DNA from: Orbicella franksi
Lineage: Eukaryota
Assembly: GCA_964199315.1 (NCBI GenBank)
Contig: OZ116698.1
Location: 36,704,001 to 36,768,000, forward strand
DNA length: 64,000 bases
Direction: 5' to 3'
Made by a program: the position numbers and the translations under genes. The notes beneath the pieces were generated by a model. That model did not search any database and was not told where the DNA came from. It worked only from the letters and a program-made list of their open reading frames with translations. Below are positions 36,301 to 48,162 of this stretch, one piece after another (within the stretch, counting starts at the first letter, position 1; the number at the start of each line of letters is the position of its first letter).

Positions 36301-39019
36301 TTACGACCGTCTTAACTAAAATTTGCTGAAACGGTCCTAGCAAAGAGGGTCTCTGGGAAATTGGACAATTCAACTATTTAGTGTACACGGAGAAACTTTA
36401 ACAAGAAAATCGTACTACAGCGTTTGTTTGCTATTTTGCAATTTCTAACAAATTAGAGATAACAAATTGGAAGGGAAAACATTCGGTTTACCTATTGACT
36501 TTAGTAAAGTAATTGATAACTTGAGGAAACCAATAGAGACAAAAACAAAATGATATTTAATTGTTTAGCAGAGAACTTTCTTGTTGTTGCCTGAATGGCT
36601 GTTTGGAGTAACTGTCTAAGGTTAAAGAGCGGAATTTAATTTCTCTGCTTACCGCTGTCCTCAAAGAACAGGGACTCTCCTCTATTTGTTCGTTGTGGCT
36701 TACTAAGGACAGTGACCCGCTGACCATACCTATCCAGCACACATGATGCGGAGTTTAACCTTTGAAGGGGAGGGTGGATCTTTGCTTCCTGAAGAACAAA
36801 ACGAAGAAAACAGTTCAAAAGCAGGTTCTATTTTTGCACCAGATAATAAGCCATCCCATTGACAAATGATTTTTCCACAAGCTGACTCACTGACTGACTG
36901 ACGAGCTGACTCAGTGANNNNNNNNNNNNNNNNNNNNNNNNNNNNNNNNNNNNNNNNNNNNNNNNNNNNNNNNNNNNNNNNNNNNNNNNNNNNNNNNNNN
37001 NNNNNNNNNNNNNNNNNNNNNNNNNNNNNNNNNNNNNNNNNNNNNNNNNNNNNNNNNNNNNNNNNNNNNNNNNNNNNNNNNNNNNNNNNNNNNNNNNNNN
37101 NNNNNNNNNNNNNNNNNNNNNNNNNNNNNNNNNNNNNNNNNNNNNNNNNNNNNNNNNNNNNNNNNNNNNNNNNNNNNNNNNNNNNNNNNNNNNNNNNNNN
37201 NNNNNNNNNNNNCTGACTAACTGACTGACTCACTGACTTACTGACTCACTGACTCACTCACTCACTGGCTAACTGAGTGACTGACACAGTGAATGTCTAA
37301 CTGACTGTCTGGTTGACTGACTGACTGATCTGATTCTCTCACTAATTCACTCACTTACAAATCGCTGTATATGCCGTCTACCTCACCTTCCAGTTTGTTT
37401 GAGTGTTTGCTTGACCACAGTTAACATCCTCAGTAGATGCTCCACTAGGGTAGCAATTTATAAACGCACTGTCAAATTCATCATCTTCTTCCTCCTCCTC
37501 AAGTCTGTCTTGAATCAATAGCGGGATAAAATCAACCGGTTGTGATGACACTACCAGCTGCTGAACGCCCCCTTCGGCTAAACGCCGCTCTTTCTTGTGC
37601 TGCCTTTTCCAATTAAAATAGCACTTAACCACAAGGACTGCTATAACTGCTGCTAGGAGCGTTCCAGCTAGACTGATGGACAAAATAATTCCCAGCGTTC
37701 CTGTAAACAAGAGAAAAACTGAATTAAACAATTCTTTTGTATCCCTCTTGGCTTTTCGATTGTGTTCGCAACTTTCAACAGCTCAGTTGCTTAGCAACAG
37801 ATGTTACGACTGACGGTTGACTAGGGGTCAGGCCCCCAAACGTGAGTGTAAGGGGCTAGAAGAAATTATAGAAAACGTGGATATTCAACTTTCTGTGATC
37901 TTTTCCCAACGGCTGGAATCCTCAGAACTCTTGGTTGCGTTGTAGCAAGTTATAATTAGCTATAGATTAACCCTCTCGTAAGTCTGTCTCAAAACTGTGA
38001 TTGCTTCTACAGACCAGTTTCCGCGTATTCTCGTTGTTACGTAATGTTACTGTTCGTGCCAGCCGCAGTTGCTTAAACCAGTTCACGGGTCATGAAAAAA
38101 TATGATACGATGTGCTGAAACGTGGTTCTCTGTACTTCCTTGTCCTTTAAATACACGTATTTTGTTTTGAAAAAGATCGACAAGATGTCAAATAAAAAAG
38201 AACGGGGAAATTTTTACACTTTTCGCGGCTTCCTCTTTTTCGTTGTCATATTAACAAGAACTAGCGTGTTGACATTTCATTGGTTTAAATGAAATCTCAA
38301 CGAAAACACTTGACTGGCTTCTTCAGAGTAACACTATACGACTGTAGAATGTATGTCTGTAGATTATGGACTCACAACGACATGCTTTTAGTAATAATTC
38401 AAATTTCTCAGTATCTATCAAGAAAAAACTTTCATTTCACCTTGAATTCTGACAGGTTTCGCACGACATTTTGTTTAATTGAGCATTTAAAATGTAAAAT
38501 ATGCCGCACTTATAAAACATAACATTCACGATGACGTCAAAGTAAGCTTAATGAGTTGTCCCATCCGAATTTGGGATTTCTGTCCCCACGAAATCAAAAT
38601 TGCAAATAAATTTTCGAACCGTTTCTATTCTTTTTCTAACAATGAAACAATTATGCTTGAGTCGTTTTTCTGCGATACTTGCTACATCCGTGACGTTGTG
38701 CCATCCAGGCAGGGCTTATTAAAAGAAAATGAGGAAATATTAAAATGGTTTCCTTATGGGGGGAGTCGCTTACGTGCAGAACAGTGATAATTTTCACAGC
38801 CCTAACTAGTGATTTTCAAAGAAAGCTAACAATCAGGCTACACATGGTGCAGCTTAAGGCTAAAGCTTTGAATCAAGTGCAAAGATTTTCACAAAATTTT
38901 AAGCCGAAGATACAAATTGCGCGACTTCAAGTTGCAACTTGTCCCCATCGTCATCAAACCACAGGTGACAAATTTCCTTCTGTGGGAGAAATAGAAAGCG
39001 TATGTCACGTACCTTGCAT
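33400..39019 (-). CDS. Synaptotagmin-like protein A (N-terminal TM, long linker, tandem C2A/C2B; probably Ca2+-independent)
   Basis: Exons 37387-37700 (TM IILSISLAGTLLAAVIAVLVV), 36653-36788, optional 36018-36155, 34751-35430 (C2A, SKVHKKTCNPIFDEKFIF), 34088-34187 and 33400-33722 (C2B ending HWKAVVLSPHKPIAEWHKL, the synaptotagmin WHxL motif). The start is tentative: micro-exon ATG CAA G|GTACGT at 39013-39019 supplies the required phase 1. One intron contains the N gap. Confidence 0.85.
34471..34736 (+). mobile_element. tRNA-derived CORE-like SINE in a synaptotagmin A intron
   Basis: Degenerate A/B boxes, actctcacagtgcctctct core, and tail ...gcagactttacctcaccttta. Confidence 0.85.
36018..36155 (-). 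other. Duplicated 138-nt in-frame cassette exon of synaptotagmin A (phase 1-1)
   Basis: Acceptor ccttggacag|AC, donor A|GTGGGT, no stop. Encodes (D)ESFVRRCFSAASSYSRTRKDSTGLGSRSESANSLSHDSLDGDST, paralogous to (D)ESFSRRCYSAVSSYSKPRKGSISLRSRSESNNSLSRESLDGDST starting at 35430. Confidence 0.7.
36882..37335. repeat. (ACTG)n/(ACTC)n microsatellite spanning a 295-N assembly gap (36918-37212)
   Basis: ctgact/actcact arrays on both sides of the N run. Confidence 0.92.
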
Positions 39020-40003
39020 TTTGAAGTTTCACTCCATCGAGAGGCTTCTAACCAGGCTAGCTGATGTCAAAAATACTCTTTCTGTACCATATCTGGTTCT
39101 CTCCGTAGACGTTTATAAAAGGTGTACCGATGTATTGTTCTGTGCTTGTCAGACTATGACCTTTGGCGGGAATTTAGCGCCCTAGTGCTCTTTATAATCT
39201 TATAGATCCTATTCAGAGAGCCAGTCTTAATATTTCCCAGTCTTGAATCTCGGTAAAATGCTGCCCCTTAGTTAAGGAAATTGTCACTCAGAATACAACG
39301 TACACTATAGGAATGCCATTGCCTCCATCAATGCTTGAAGAGTTCTGCATTCCCAGTTGCTAATTGCGCTTCTTATCATTACGTGACCATCCGTATATGT
39401 TGTTCGACCTGTTTCCGTTTTAGCACTGAGCTCCAATTGCAGGGAATGCGAAACACGTGATGCTGGGATCAGAACGACACTTTTCACTCTACACTTCAAG
39501 AATTGATATTTTATTGTGTGGATGAGATGAAAATAAAACTCGAAAGAGGACACTAGGGTGTTCAATACATTTAGCTATACAGTGTTTCGCTTTGCCATCG
39601 AGGTCCCTAATTCATGGCTATCATAACACAGTAGTTAATTTTTGCTAATTAGCGGTATAAATAGTTCCTAATCTCGTTAAGCACGCTTCCCAGCATTCGT
39701 GCGCGCGAGATGATCACGACGTGTTCCACTTATGCCCATATAGGGGCACCATTTGTAAGACTAAGGATGGTGTCTCGCATATTGGGCCCATTGAGGAAGA
39801 CATGTTGATGTAATTATTCAACGCATCAAAGTTAGTATCATAAAGGAACGCACGTTCCTAAAATGGCTCTCTTTGCCGATGTCATATCAATATGTGTAAT
39901 GATGGTCGTAGGCTCGGTTATCAGCCGCTGCGTCGGGAAATGAGCCCGCGCTTACCCCAAATACCCCTGGGAACTCCTGCTTGGGGCGAACGCGACCGGA
40001 AAC

Positions 40004-40096
40004 TAGCCTGCGTCGCAGACAGTCTAAACCGCCGGTATAGTACTGTGCTGTACTGTATCGGGGATTTTAAGACACGTCCGGCTGCAACGCGGGCTA
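40004..40096. mobile_element. Short TAGCCTG..GGCTA MITE
   Basis: tagcctgcgtcgcag ... ctgcaacgcgggcta terminal inverted repeat. Confidence 0.7.
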
Positions 40097-40504
40097 TCGG
40101 ACACCTGAAATCGAGCCTACAGGTCTTGTTGAAGCGTCGAGTGCAAAAAAGCGCGAGGAGTGGAAACTAGTAGAAAGTAACAAAGCCGGATATCACAAGA
40201 GATCTAATCAGCCAAACTTGAAAAGTCGAACGATGAAGAGTCAAAGACTACTGCAAGGCTGACACAACATCGTATATTTAACACAATATTTCGAAAAGTG
40301 CCGGTAGATAAGGGAGTAGGGAGAGCTGGAAAACACTTTTCAAAGTTAACGTTTCTTTTGTAGGGTGATTGTTCAGAAGTCACTACAGAATAAATTGGAA
40401 TGTCTGCGTCAAAGACGAGGGGAATCAGAAGATCATAATCTTGGGAGCAGCTTGCAGCTTGTTTTTAAGCCCAGGCAGGACTGTGATGATCTAAAGTAGA
40501 TCCT

Positions 40505-40986
40505 ATATACAATCCAACAGCCACCTTGGGGATGGAGGAAAGTGGCTGTTGTAGAGAGGTGACTATGGCCGTTAGGTAGGGGTATAAGATGACACCTGCC
40601 ATTTTTCGGGGTTGCAACACTTTTGTCCTTAAAAAATGCTGACTGTAGCATCAGATAAGTATGTAACACAATCAAAATATATATCAATAAAACAGAAACC
40701 AAACAGGGTCCAAACAGTAACCGACACTAAAGAAACGCGGTGCCACTCAAGTTTCGTGACCTCTAAAAAAAAATTGGGGTTTAATATACACCGTTCGTCA
40801 GTCGTTGATTAGCTGGCCTTTGTCAAGAAGTTATTTTGGCAGTTGAGAAGCTGTAAGTTGTCGTTACCGTTGTAGAGAGATTAAAATAAGAGTAAATGTT
40901 TGGGCTGTCTGCCGGGACAAAAAAAGCGGCCTCTATAGAAAGGTGGCCGTTGCAGAGAGGTGGCTGTTAGTGGAGGTTCCACTGTA
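40505..40986. mobile_element. Tc1/mariner-pogo-like MITE (CAGTGGAACCTC end), interrupted or degenerate
   Basis: Right end ggaggttccactgta; internal gtggccgttg(t/c)agagaggtgg repeats near both ends. Confidence 0.55.
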
Positions 40987-41847
40987 TATTGTCTGGGATA
41001 TTGTAGAGACTATTAATCCCTGTATTTCCTTCTATTAAACTCTGGCAATGACACTATTTTCATTTACTTTAAGGAATAAAAGATCAGGTTTGATTTGCTC
41101 TGATATTGAGCCAGAAAACCCAAAAGTCAATACAACAGAGATAAAGTTTCACGAGCTTTATCCCGAGAGTCACGCTACCTAAAATTTTAGTGTGTTTTTT
41201 TTAAATGCTCCGATGAAAAAGCCACGCGTCTGAATTCATCCCCTTATTATTAATTTTTATTCATTACTAATATGTTATTTGTTTACTTATTTTTTCCATC
41301 TTTTTTCTCATCAATTAGTCAGTATCAGTCGTAACCGTTTTTGCGTGACTGAACTGCGTTACACCGGAAGTGTGCGTGGCGTCTCGTTGAACGTGAAAAC
41401 GGAACATGAAGCTTCGTGTTTCAGATATTTAGGGCAATCGGGTGAAGACACTTTGAGCGGGAACCGAGAAAACCGTTTTTTCCCTGACTAGGCGCGGCGG
41501 AAACAATTTATACTTCGGATTTACTGATTTACCGACTAGTTTCACGGCTGGTGTAATTTTTACGAGGCAAGAAACTCAAGAAAATCGACGATTTTGGTTA
41601 AAAAGAAGTCACACTGGAGATTTGCGTTACAGTTCAAAATGGCTCGTCGTTTCAATTCAAACAGATGAAGCGAACCAAGAAGGTCTTTGTGGCGGAAAGC
41701 TGTAGATTTATATCACCGTTAAGCTGGAATTTTGTGGATGTTTTTTTGGATATTTTCCACCAGTATAGGAAGCAGCTAGCCTTGCAAATTTCGCGCAAGT
41801 GACTTGCATATTTCTTTCCAACGGACAAGCCACTGAGGGCGGGAGAT

Positions 41848-44800
41848 ATGAATTCTCCGCCGTCTATCGGTGCGTCCATTGGGTTAGGGATTTTAGTTTT
41901 CCTCCTTACTCTTGCTATTGTGGGAATTGTTTTCCTCCGACGATATCTGAAGACGCTGAACGGTCCAAAACCATCTCGGAAGCTTGGAACCTGCATCACT
42001 TCAAAAGAGCCACCGGGATTCGTCATCCCTCCGTACACTTTGATTACGGAAGAAAGCGATGGAGGTGAAACTATGAGTGAATATGGTGAAAATATTGAAG
42101 AGGATACAGCAAAGCTCTCCCCTCCTTCGTTCAGACGAGCTCTCTCGATGCCATCGGGTCCAATGGGAAATAAGCAAGGAGTTTCTCGTTGTGAGGAAGG
42201 CGAATCAGGGACAGCAGGGATTTCAACAAAGGAGTTTCGACCTCAGTATAGGAGAGCTGTATCTCAATTCGTTCCTCAATCTGCTCAAATGAAGAGGGAG
42301 TCGGCAAGGAAGGTGTCGGCTGCACCATATGGAAAGCTGGAACTCTCGTTACAATTTGTGACTGCCAAAAATTTGCTGATCGTTCAGGTGAGTTTGCATG
42401 CTTATTTATTTTATTTTTCATCGTTTAGAAGTTTGATAACCACTTTCAAACCGAGTAGTAAAGAAATACGCTACGGTACATTGGAGGATCCATTTTGAAA
42501 CAATGTTAATCCTTCTCAGTTTTATATATTTATTTTAATTTTTTATGCGCTGTAAAAATTTATTTTTAGTTTAAATATTGTGAGTTTGACCCTTGCACAG
42601 TATTTGATCCTTGCCAAAAACGAAATGTTTGTTCCCTCAAGGTCAACAAGACCAGAGTAGATATGATCCTGTTTGCACAGTCGGAGTCGTTCCTCAAAAG
42701 CACACTCAGCAGCTAGATTACGAGTAGTCCCTCTCTCTCTCAGTCCGTCGTGCGTGACGGTTTTCTTAGTAGTACGCGTCACGAACGGACCAAGCGAAAG
42801 AGGGACTACTCGTAGTCTGACTGAAGCGTGTTCTTTTTGGATGGTAGAAGTTGTTGGGGGCGGCGGGGAAGGGGGGCGGCTGGAGGGATTAAAATCTTAC
42901 TTCTCCTCTCACCTAGTCTCCTACGCAGACGCTCTTTGTGCTCGTCACGTAATCTTCCTCCCCCACGTTCTTGGGGTAGCCCAAAGAGCGCCTTCGTAGG
43001 AGGCTACCTCTCACAAGGCCCTTCCTTCCTGACTCCTAGAAAAAAGTACAGCTCTTTCATTTCAGTTTAAGAAATCATTGCTTCGTCAAAGAGGAGACCC
43101 TTACAGAAGAGACAAGGCTAATTGAAAAACAGCTCCTCACGGCTCACAGAGTTTCTTGCCCCCTCTCTAACCACCGATCCCCCTCCCCACCCCCGCTACT
43201 TCCCACACCCTGTTCTCAATGTTGACGTTACAGTGATTCTGTAAATTCTTTAGGGATATCAAGGAAATAAAAGGACAGAACAACAATTGTTATTAACATT
43301 TTCGCAGGTGAATGGCGCTTTTGATTTGCCTCAAGTGCGTCTATCCGGGATCTCCACCCCGTACGTCCGTGTACATTTGTTACCAGGGCAACGGCACAAG
43401 GACACCAGGTCCAACTTCTTGAATCTTGGAACAAACCGGATTTGCATGTTCGATCAAATCACTTTAGAAGAAGCACAAAGGTAAGATATTCTTTCTCAGA
43501 TTAAATCCGAAAAATAATTTTATGTCGGGTTCGGTCGAGACTTCCTTTCTTGCTTGGCTCCAGTTTCTCCAATCTTGTCTCCCAGAGGATGTCACTTATT
43601 TTTTGTCGGCCCCAAGAAGTCGAGGCCTCTGGGAGAAACTGGAACGTGAGCTAGCATCAGCTACAACTCTTTCTACAGATGTACGTTTTTAAACTTGAAC
43701 AGATGCAAACAATAAAACCGAAACCGGAATTTTCTGGTTTTGCCCAGAGCATCTCACGCTTGGCCGCCGCTGAACGAAAACGCGCGAGTTCTCTCCCAGG
43801 CAGACGCTCCTTGCACTCGTCACACAATCTTTCCTCTGACCATTGGCAAGGGGATGGGGGGAGACTACGTGACGAGCCATCAGAGCGTCTTTATAGGAAG
43901 CTATTGTTTAACACTTGTGTTTGCCAAAACCTACCCTTTGCTGGTCCCAGAGGTTTTCTTTCTTTCTTTTTTCTTCTCCTGTCACGAAAAACGATATCTG
44001 AAAACAATACAAACGTTTAGTACCAGTCAATCAGTACATTTAAATAACTCTCCTCCACAGCTTCATACTCGTTCCTTGATCTAAATATTCGGAGTTTACT
44101 GTTTTTTCCAAGGTAACTGAAAGAAGAGAGAATCTTGTTTTTAACTTTGGTAGAAATTTCTCCTTTCTTTGTTCTTCTTCTTTTTTTTGTTTTTTTTTGT
44201 TGTTCTTGTTGTTGTTTTTGTTTTTTTGTTTTTTGTTTTTTTTGTGAAATTTAGTACAGCGACTTCACCTGCAATTTTAAAATTATCATTGTGTAATTTC
44301 ATGTTCCGTAGTTCTACCCTAAAGTTTGTGGTCCTTGACTATGACAAGTTTTCGCGGAGTGAGTTTATTGCCGAGGTAATGTTGTCACTTCTCGATGTAG
44401 ACTTGGCAGAAGGAACAACAATGTCACTCCACTTGAACTCCAAAACAATCTCTGAGGTAAGTATATTGTGTAACGCAAAATACCCTGTCACGCTTGTTAG
44501 CAGGCTCGATTACCAGCCGCTGTTCGGGAAAGAAGCCCGCGCTCCTCGGAGGATCTTCGGGAACCGGACCTTAGAGGGCTGCGGAAGTCGAGCCTACAAT
44601 CTTGCACAGAATAAAATATGAAATAAAACCACCCCTTTTCCCGAATCAATGATGAACTCCCGCTACAACCCAAACGGGCCATTTTTTTCCATCATTGAAA
44701 TGGGGGGAGGAGTTGTCTTAATTTTTCATTTATTTTGTCCAAGGTTTGTTTGCTGTGATTGATTGCATCATATTTCTCATCACAATAGTTAGTTCTGAGT

Positions 44801-46473
44801 CATAGTAGGTTTGACGGGCATGCGAGTTTCCCTTTTCCACACTTGCAGTGCGACCACTGTTGCCATGGAAAGAGCTTGAAAATCAGTCATGAATCACAAA
44901 GTGGAGCAGCGGATTGAATTTCATTTCGAAGTTTAAACGCTAAATTGCGCTGAAAAACGTATTTTCTCAAACAAAAAATTCTGGAATTTTTATTTTATTT
45001 TTTTGTTTTTTTGCTCAATTCTACGAGATGATTGGGTCCCTGGTCTCAGAAGTTGTATCACAATACAATGAATGACTTAGACTGGTAATGGTAAGACCTT
45101 TTTTAATATTCCACCACCAGCTTAAGACCAATAGAACCCAGGTTATTGCACGCGTTTACTTTAGATATTCTGTTAATAGAGAAGAACCTCTTACCACCCT
45201 TGTTCCATTTTGTTATGCTCTTATTTGTTTGTTTCAGTCAGATGACCGAGGTTCGTTGACGCTATCGTTGTGTCAGCAGCCTACGGCTGGTCATTTACAC
45301 GTCATCATTATGAAAGCAACTGGACTCCCTCCCCCCAAGTCTGACGCACCTGGAGGCCTTGGTAAATAGCTTTTTACTTTCAACGTTTCAGCTTATGATA
45401 CTTTCAGTTATAATTTTCATTACCTAGATAAATGGCCTCTCCGCATAAAGGCCCAGCATAGTCAATCGAACGTTCGGAAATCGAACTCAATGAGGACTCA
45501 GTCTGTGGACTGAGTTCGATTGAGTTCGGAAGACGTCAAAATGTGGTAAGATCATCGGTGACACACTCGGCTATCGCATTGTTTACGTTTTTATTTGTTC
45601 TTACTACATTTTGACGTCGTCTGTGATCAATTACTGAACAGACGTGCGGTAACATGGAATCTATTTGTTAAACCTACTATTTCCAGTATCTATCAATACG
45701 TTCAAACACTAAGTAGAAATGTTCTCTGATGAATGTACTGAAACCAAGATCACATTTAGCCAATCATAACGTACCCAGAAATGGCAAGCAGCCAATCAGA
45801 GCTCACGTACAATCCAGTTGAACCCTGTAGCCGATGGAAAGCCTGGGCAAAAAGCGCGGGAAAAGTTGCGAACCCAGGGCTCGGAAAAAACTTAAATTCT
45901 AGCTTGCCCTTCGGACAAGCAGCTCTCAAATTTTGCTCGCCCTGGGCAAGTCTTAGTTTACATTTAGTTGGCAGACGACTTTCCCAGACCTTTGGTCAGG
46001 GGCCAAGTAAGAATAAAAAGTTATTTGCCCTGTAGGAAAATCTACTTGTCCCGAACGACCGGACAGTACCTTTTTCTAAGGCTGGAGTCCAATTGTAGCT
46101 ACATCGTTGTTGATCACAGATCTTCAAATCACCACTTGACACACTAATATTCCTTATGTCTTTGGTAGATACCTACGTAAAAGTTCTTTACTACGTCCAG
46201 GGAAAAGTGATAGAGCGCAAAAAGACCAAGGTGGTCAAGAAATCAACGTCACCAGTTTTCAACGAGGCCTTCGTCTTCGAAATACGCGAAGAAGACTTGA
46301 AGCGTACCAGTATTATGTGTGAAGTGTGTAGAGGAGATACAGTGTTGAAAACAGAAAGGATCGGTCATATTACTGTAGGCTTGGAATCGTTTTCCACAGA
46401 AGTACGGCACTGGAATGACATGATTATGTCGCCTCTAAAGAGAATCACAGAAACTCATTTACTACATGCTTAG
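41848..46473 (+). CDS. Synaptotagmin-like protein B (TM plus C2A/C2B), 428 aa
   Basis: Exons 41848-42387, 43308-43480, 44312-44456, 45238-45361, 46169-46473 (1287 nt, phases consistent). TM IGLGILVFLLTLAIVGIVFL; C2 motifs YGKLELSLQF, LKFVVLDYDKFSRSEFIAE, RGSLTLSLCQQPTAGHLHVIIMKA, KKTKVVKKSTSPVFNEAFVF, HWNDMIMSPLKRITETHLL. Confidence 0.9.
42714..42818. mobile_element. Hairpin MITE
   Basis: agattacgagtagtccctct..gtccgtcgtgcgtgacg / cgtcacgaacggac..agagggactactcgtagtct form long inverted arms. Confidence 0.8.
42914..43006. mobile_element. Hairpin MITE (TAG.CTCCTACG family)
   Basis: tagtctcctacgcagacgctctttg / caaagagcgccttcgtaggaggcta. Confidence 0.8.
44498..44598. mobile_element. Hairpin MITE (AGGCTCGA family)
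   Basis: aggctcgattaccagccgct / ggctgcggaagtcgagcct inverted termini. Confidence 0.65.
45875..46084. mobile_element. hAT-like MITE
   Basis: cagggctcggaaaaaa left end, tttttctaaggctg right end, internal acttgtcc/ggacaag motifs. TSD not conserved. Confidence 0.45.
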
Positions 46474-46483
46474 AGACAACATA

Positions 46484-46791
46484 GCCCAGTCCACACTACG
46501 CCAGAGAAATTTGAAAACGCAGCTTTATTTCTACCGTTAGGTCTATCGTCCAAACTAATCCGTCGCGAAAACGGAGCTTTTCGAAAACGCTCTTCAAACC
46601 GGGGGAATTTGAAAACGCCGGCTTTGCGTTTTAGTGTGGACCGAAGACATTTTGAAATCGGAGATTTCCGAAAACGATGACGTCACGATAATCACGTGAT
46701 TTCCCTGACCGAGTTTTCCTCAAACACAAATCCAAAATGACCAGTGATTTTTGCGTTTTTCAAATTTCTCCGGCGTTGTGTTGACGTGGCC
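46484..46791. mobile_element. PIF/Harbinger-like MITE about 10 bp after the synaptotagmin B stop codon
   Basis: ~38-bp TIRs gcccagtccacactacgccagagaaatttgaaaacgca / tgcgtttttcaaatttctccggcgttgtgttgacgtggcc; ata on both flanks. Confidence 0.8.
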
Positions 46792-47380
46792 ATAGTATGC
46801 GCCGCTTGTCGCTTCAAACAGTCTGGTATTGCGTCATCAGAATTGATGATTGACATCACCATGGAAACTAAACAAAAGCAGCACGATTCGATAATGATTT
46901 CTAACTGGACTTTATTGTTCCTTGGTCTTATACGGTTTTAACTAAAGTAATTTAAGTCTAAAGTATTCAATATGCGTTTTCTAAAAACTATGTAAATGAT
47001 TTCGTATTAAGTATAAAAATTTGGAAAATTTTCCAATATGGTTTTTTAGTATTTATTTTTGTTTTGTAATTATAAAAGTAATGTAATTCTTAGAAGGGAT
47101 TTCTAAAAAATTGATTAACTGATATTCCAAGATTGTGGCTTAAAATTTCGATCTTCTACAATAGGTTTTCATTGACAACGAGTCATATTCTTTATGATTC
47201 AAATAAAATAAAAATATTTCTTCTTCTAAAACTATTTTTTTTTTCAGTGTTTGATTTTTTATTATGTAATCCTTAGTTACGATCTTTGTTGACCGTTTTT
47301 TAATTTTATTTTTAAAAAATATATATTTATCTTACCGTCTAGCTTGGTATCAAAGACCATTCTTTTGTAAGCTGACCGTT

Positions 47381-47722
47381 CAGTAATGATTCGATTTAGC
47401 GCCCGGGACGCTAATTTACTTTTTGTGACTCAAGGGAGGGCGGTTATTGCAGAGGGACACGCACTCATTAGTAACGGTGCACTAAAATATTTTTGAGCAT
47501 ATATATCTGAACGTGGTACAATACTTAAATGAAAAACGACAGATACTTTAACTCAAGGACTGTTAGAACACGAACTCTGATGGTCATGATGTTCAATATC
47601 GCGTTCAGAAGAAAAAGCAGATACTTTCGATATAGGGGCGCTTATTAAAATTTAATGGGAATTACTTGGTAGATAGGGGGTGCATGTTATTAAAAGGAGG
47701 GCGCTAAATCGAATCATTACGG
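47381..47722. mobile_element. pogo/Tc1-like MITE
   Basis: TIR gtaatgattcgatttagcgccc / gggcgctaaatcgaatcattac (22-bp perfect match), followed by ggTA. Confidence 0.8.
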
Positions 47723-48162
47723 TAAAAGTGTAGACCAAACATTGTCCTAATTTGGTGATTAGAAGTAGTCGCCAAGGTCACCCCCCCCCCCCACCACCAC
47801 CCCGTTCAGTGATGGGGCCTTTGTCAAAGAGAGTGTGCTAGAGCCTTTAATCCTGAGTGGCGAGCACAGGAAAACAGACGCAGCTGTGGGAAGCCGGCAA
47901 ATGATGATGCAGTCACTCCAGTGAAAGCCCGCCAAAACAGGACGCAGTGACTCGGGTGAAAGTGGAGCAAAACCGTGTATCCCGTGGTAACTACATAATA
48001 TTTCATTATCTTCGAAATCTACTGACAATATATCTACCTACCAGGTGCCGCGTAAAACGGTTATTAGTTTCATTGATTATCAATTCAAATACATAATTCA
48101 ATTTTTTACTATGCAACAGTGGTACCATACATGTTTATATTGATTGTACCTCAATATACTAA

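Noticed and set aside
36730-37233. ORFs containing long X runs
   Set aside because: Artefacts of the 295-N gap and flanking microsatellite.
39305-39350. MQNSSSIDGGNGIPI as first exon of synaptotagmin A
   Set aside because: It has an attractive N-glycosylation sequon but no phase-1 GT donor compatible with the 37700 acceptor. 39013-39019 fits better.
42499-44160. Multiple 68-114 aa ORFs in synaptotagmin B introns
   Set aside because: They overlap GC-rich MITEs and have no domain-like content.
44161-44262. Phe/Val-rich hydrophobic N-terminus of the 150-aa track ORF
   Set aside because: Translation of an intronic T-rich tract, not a transmembrane helix.
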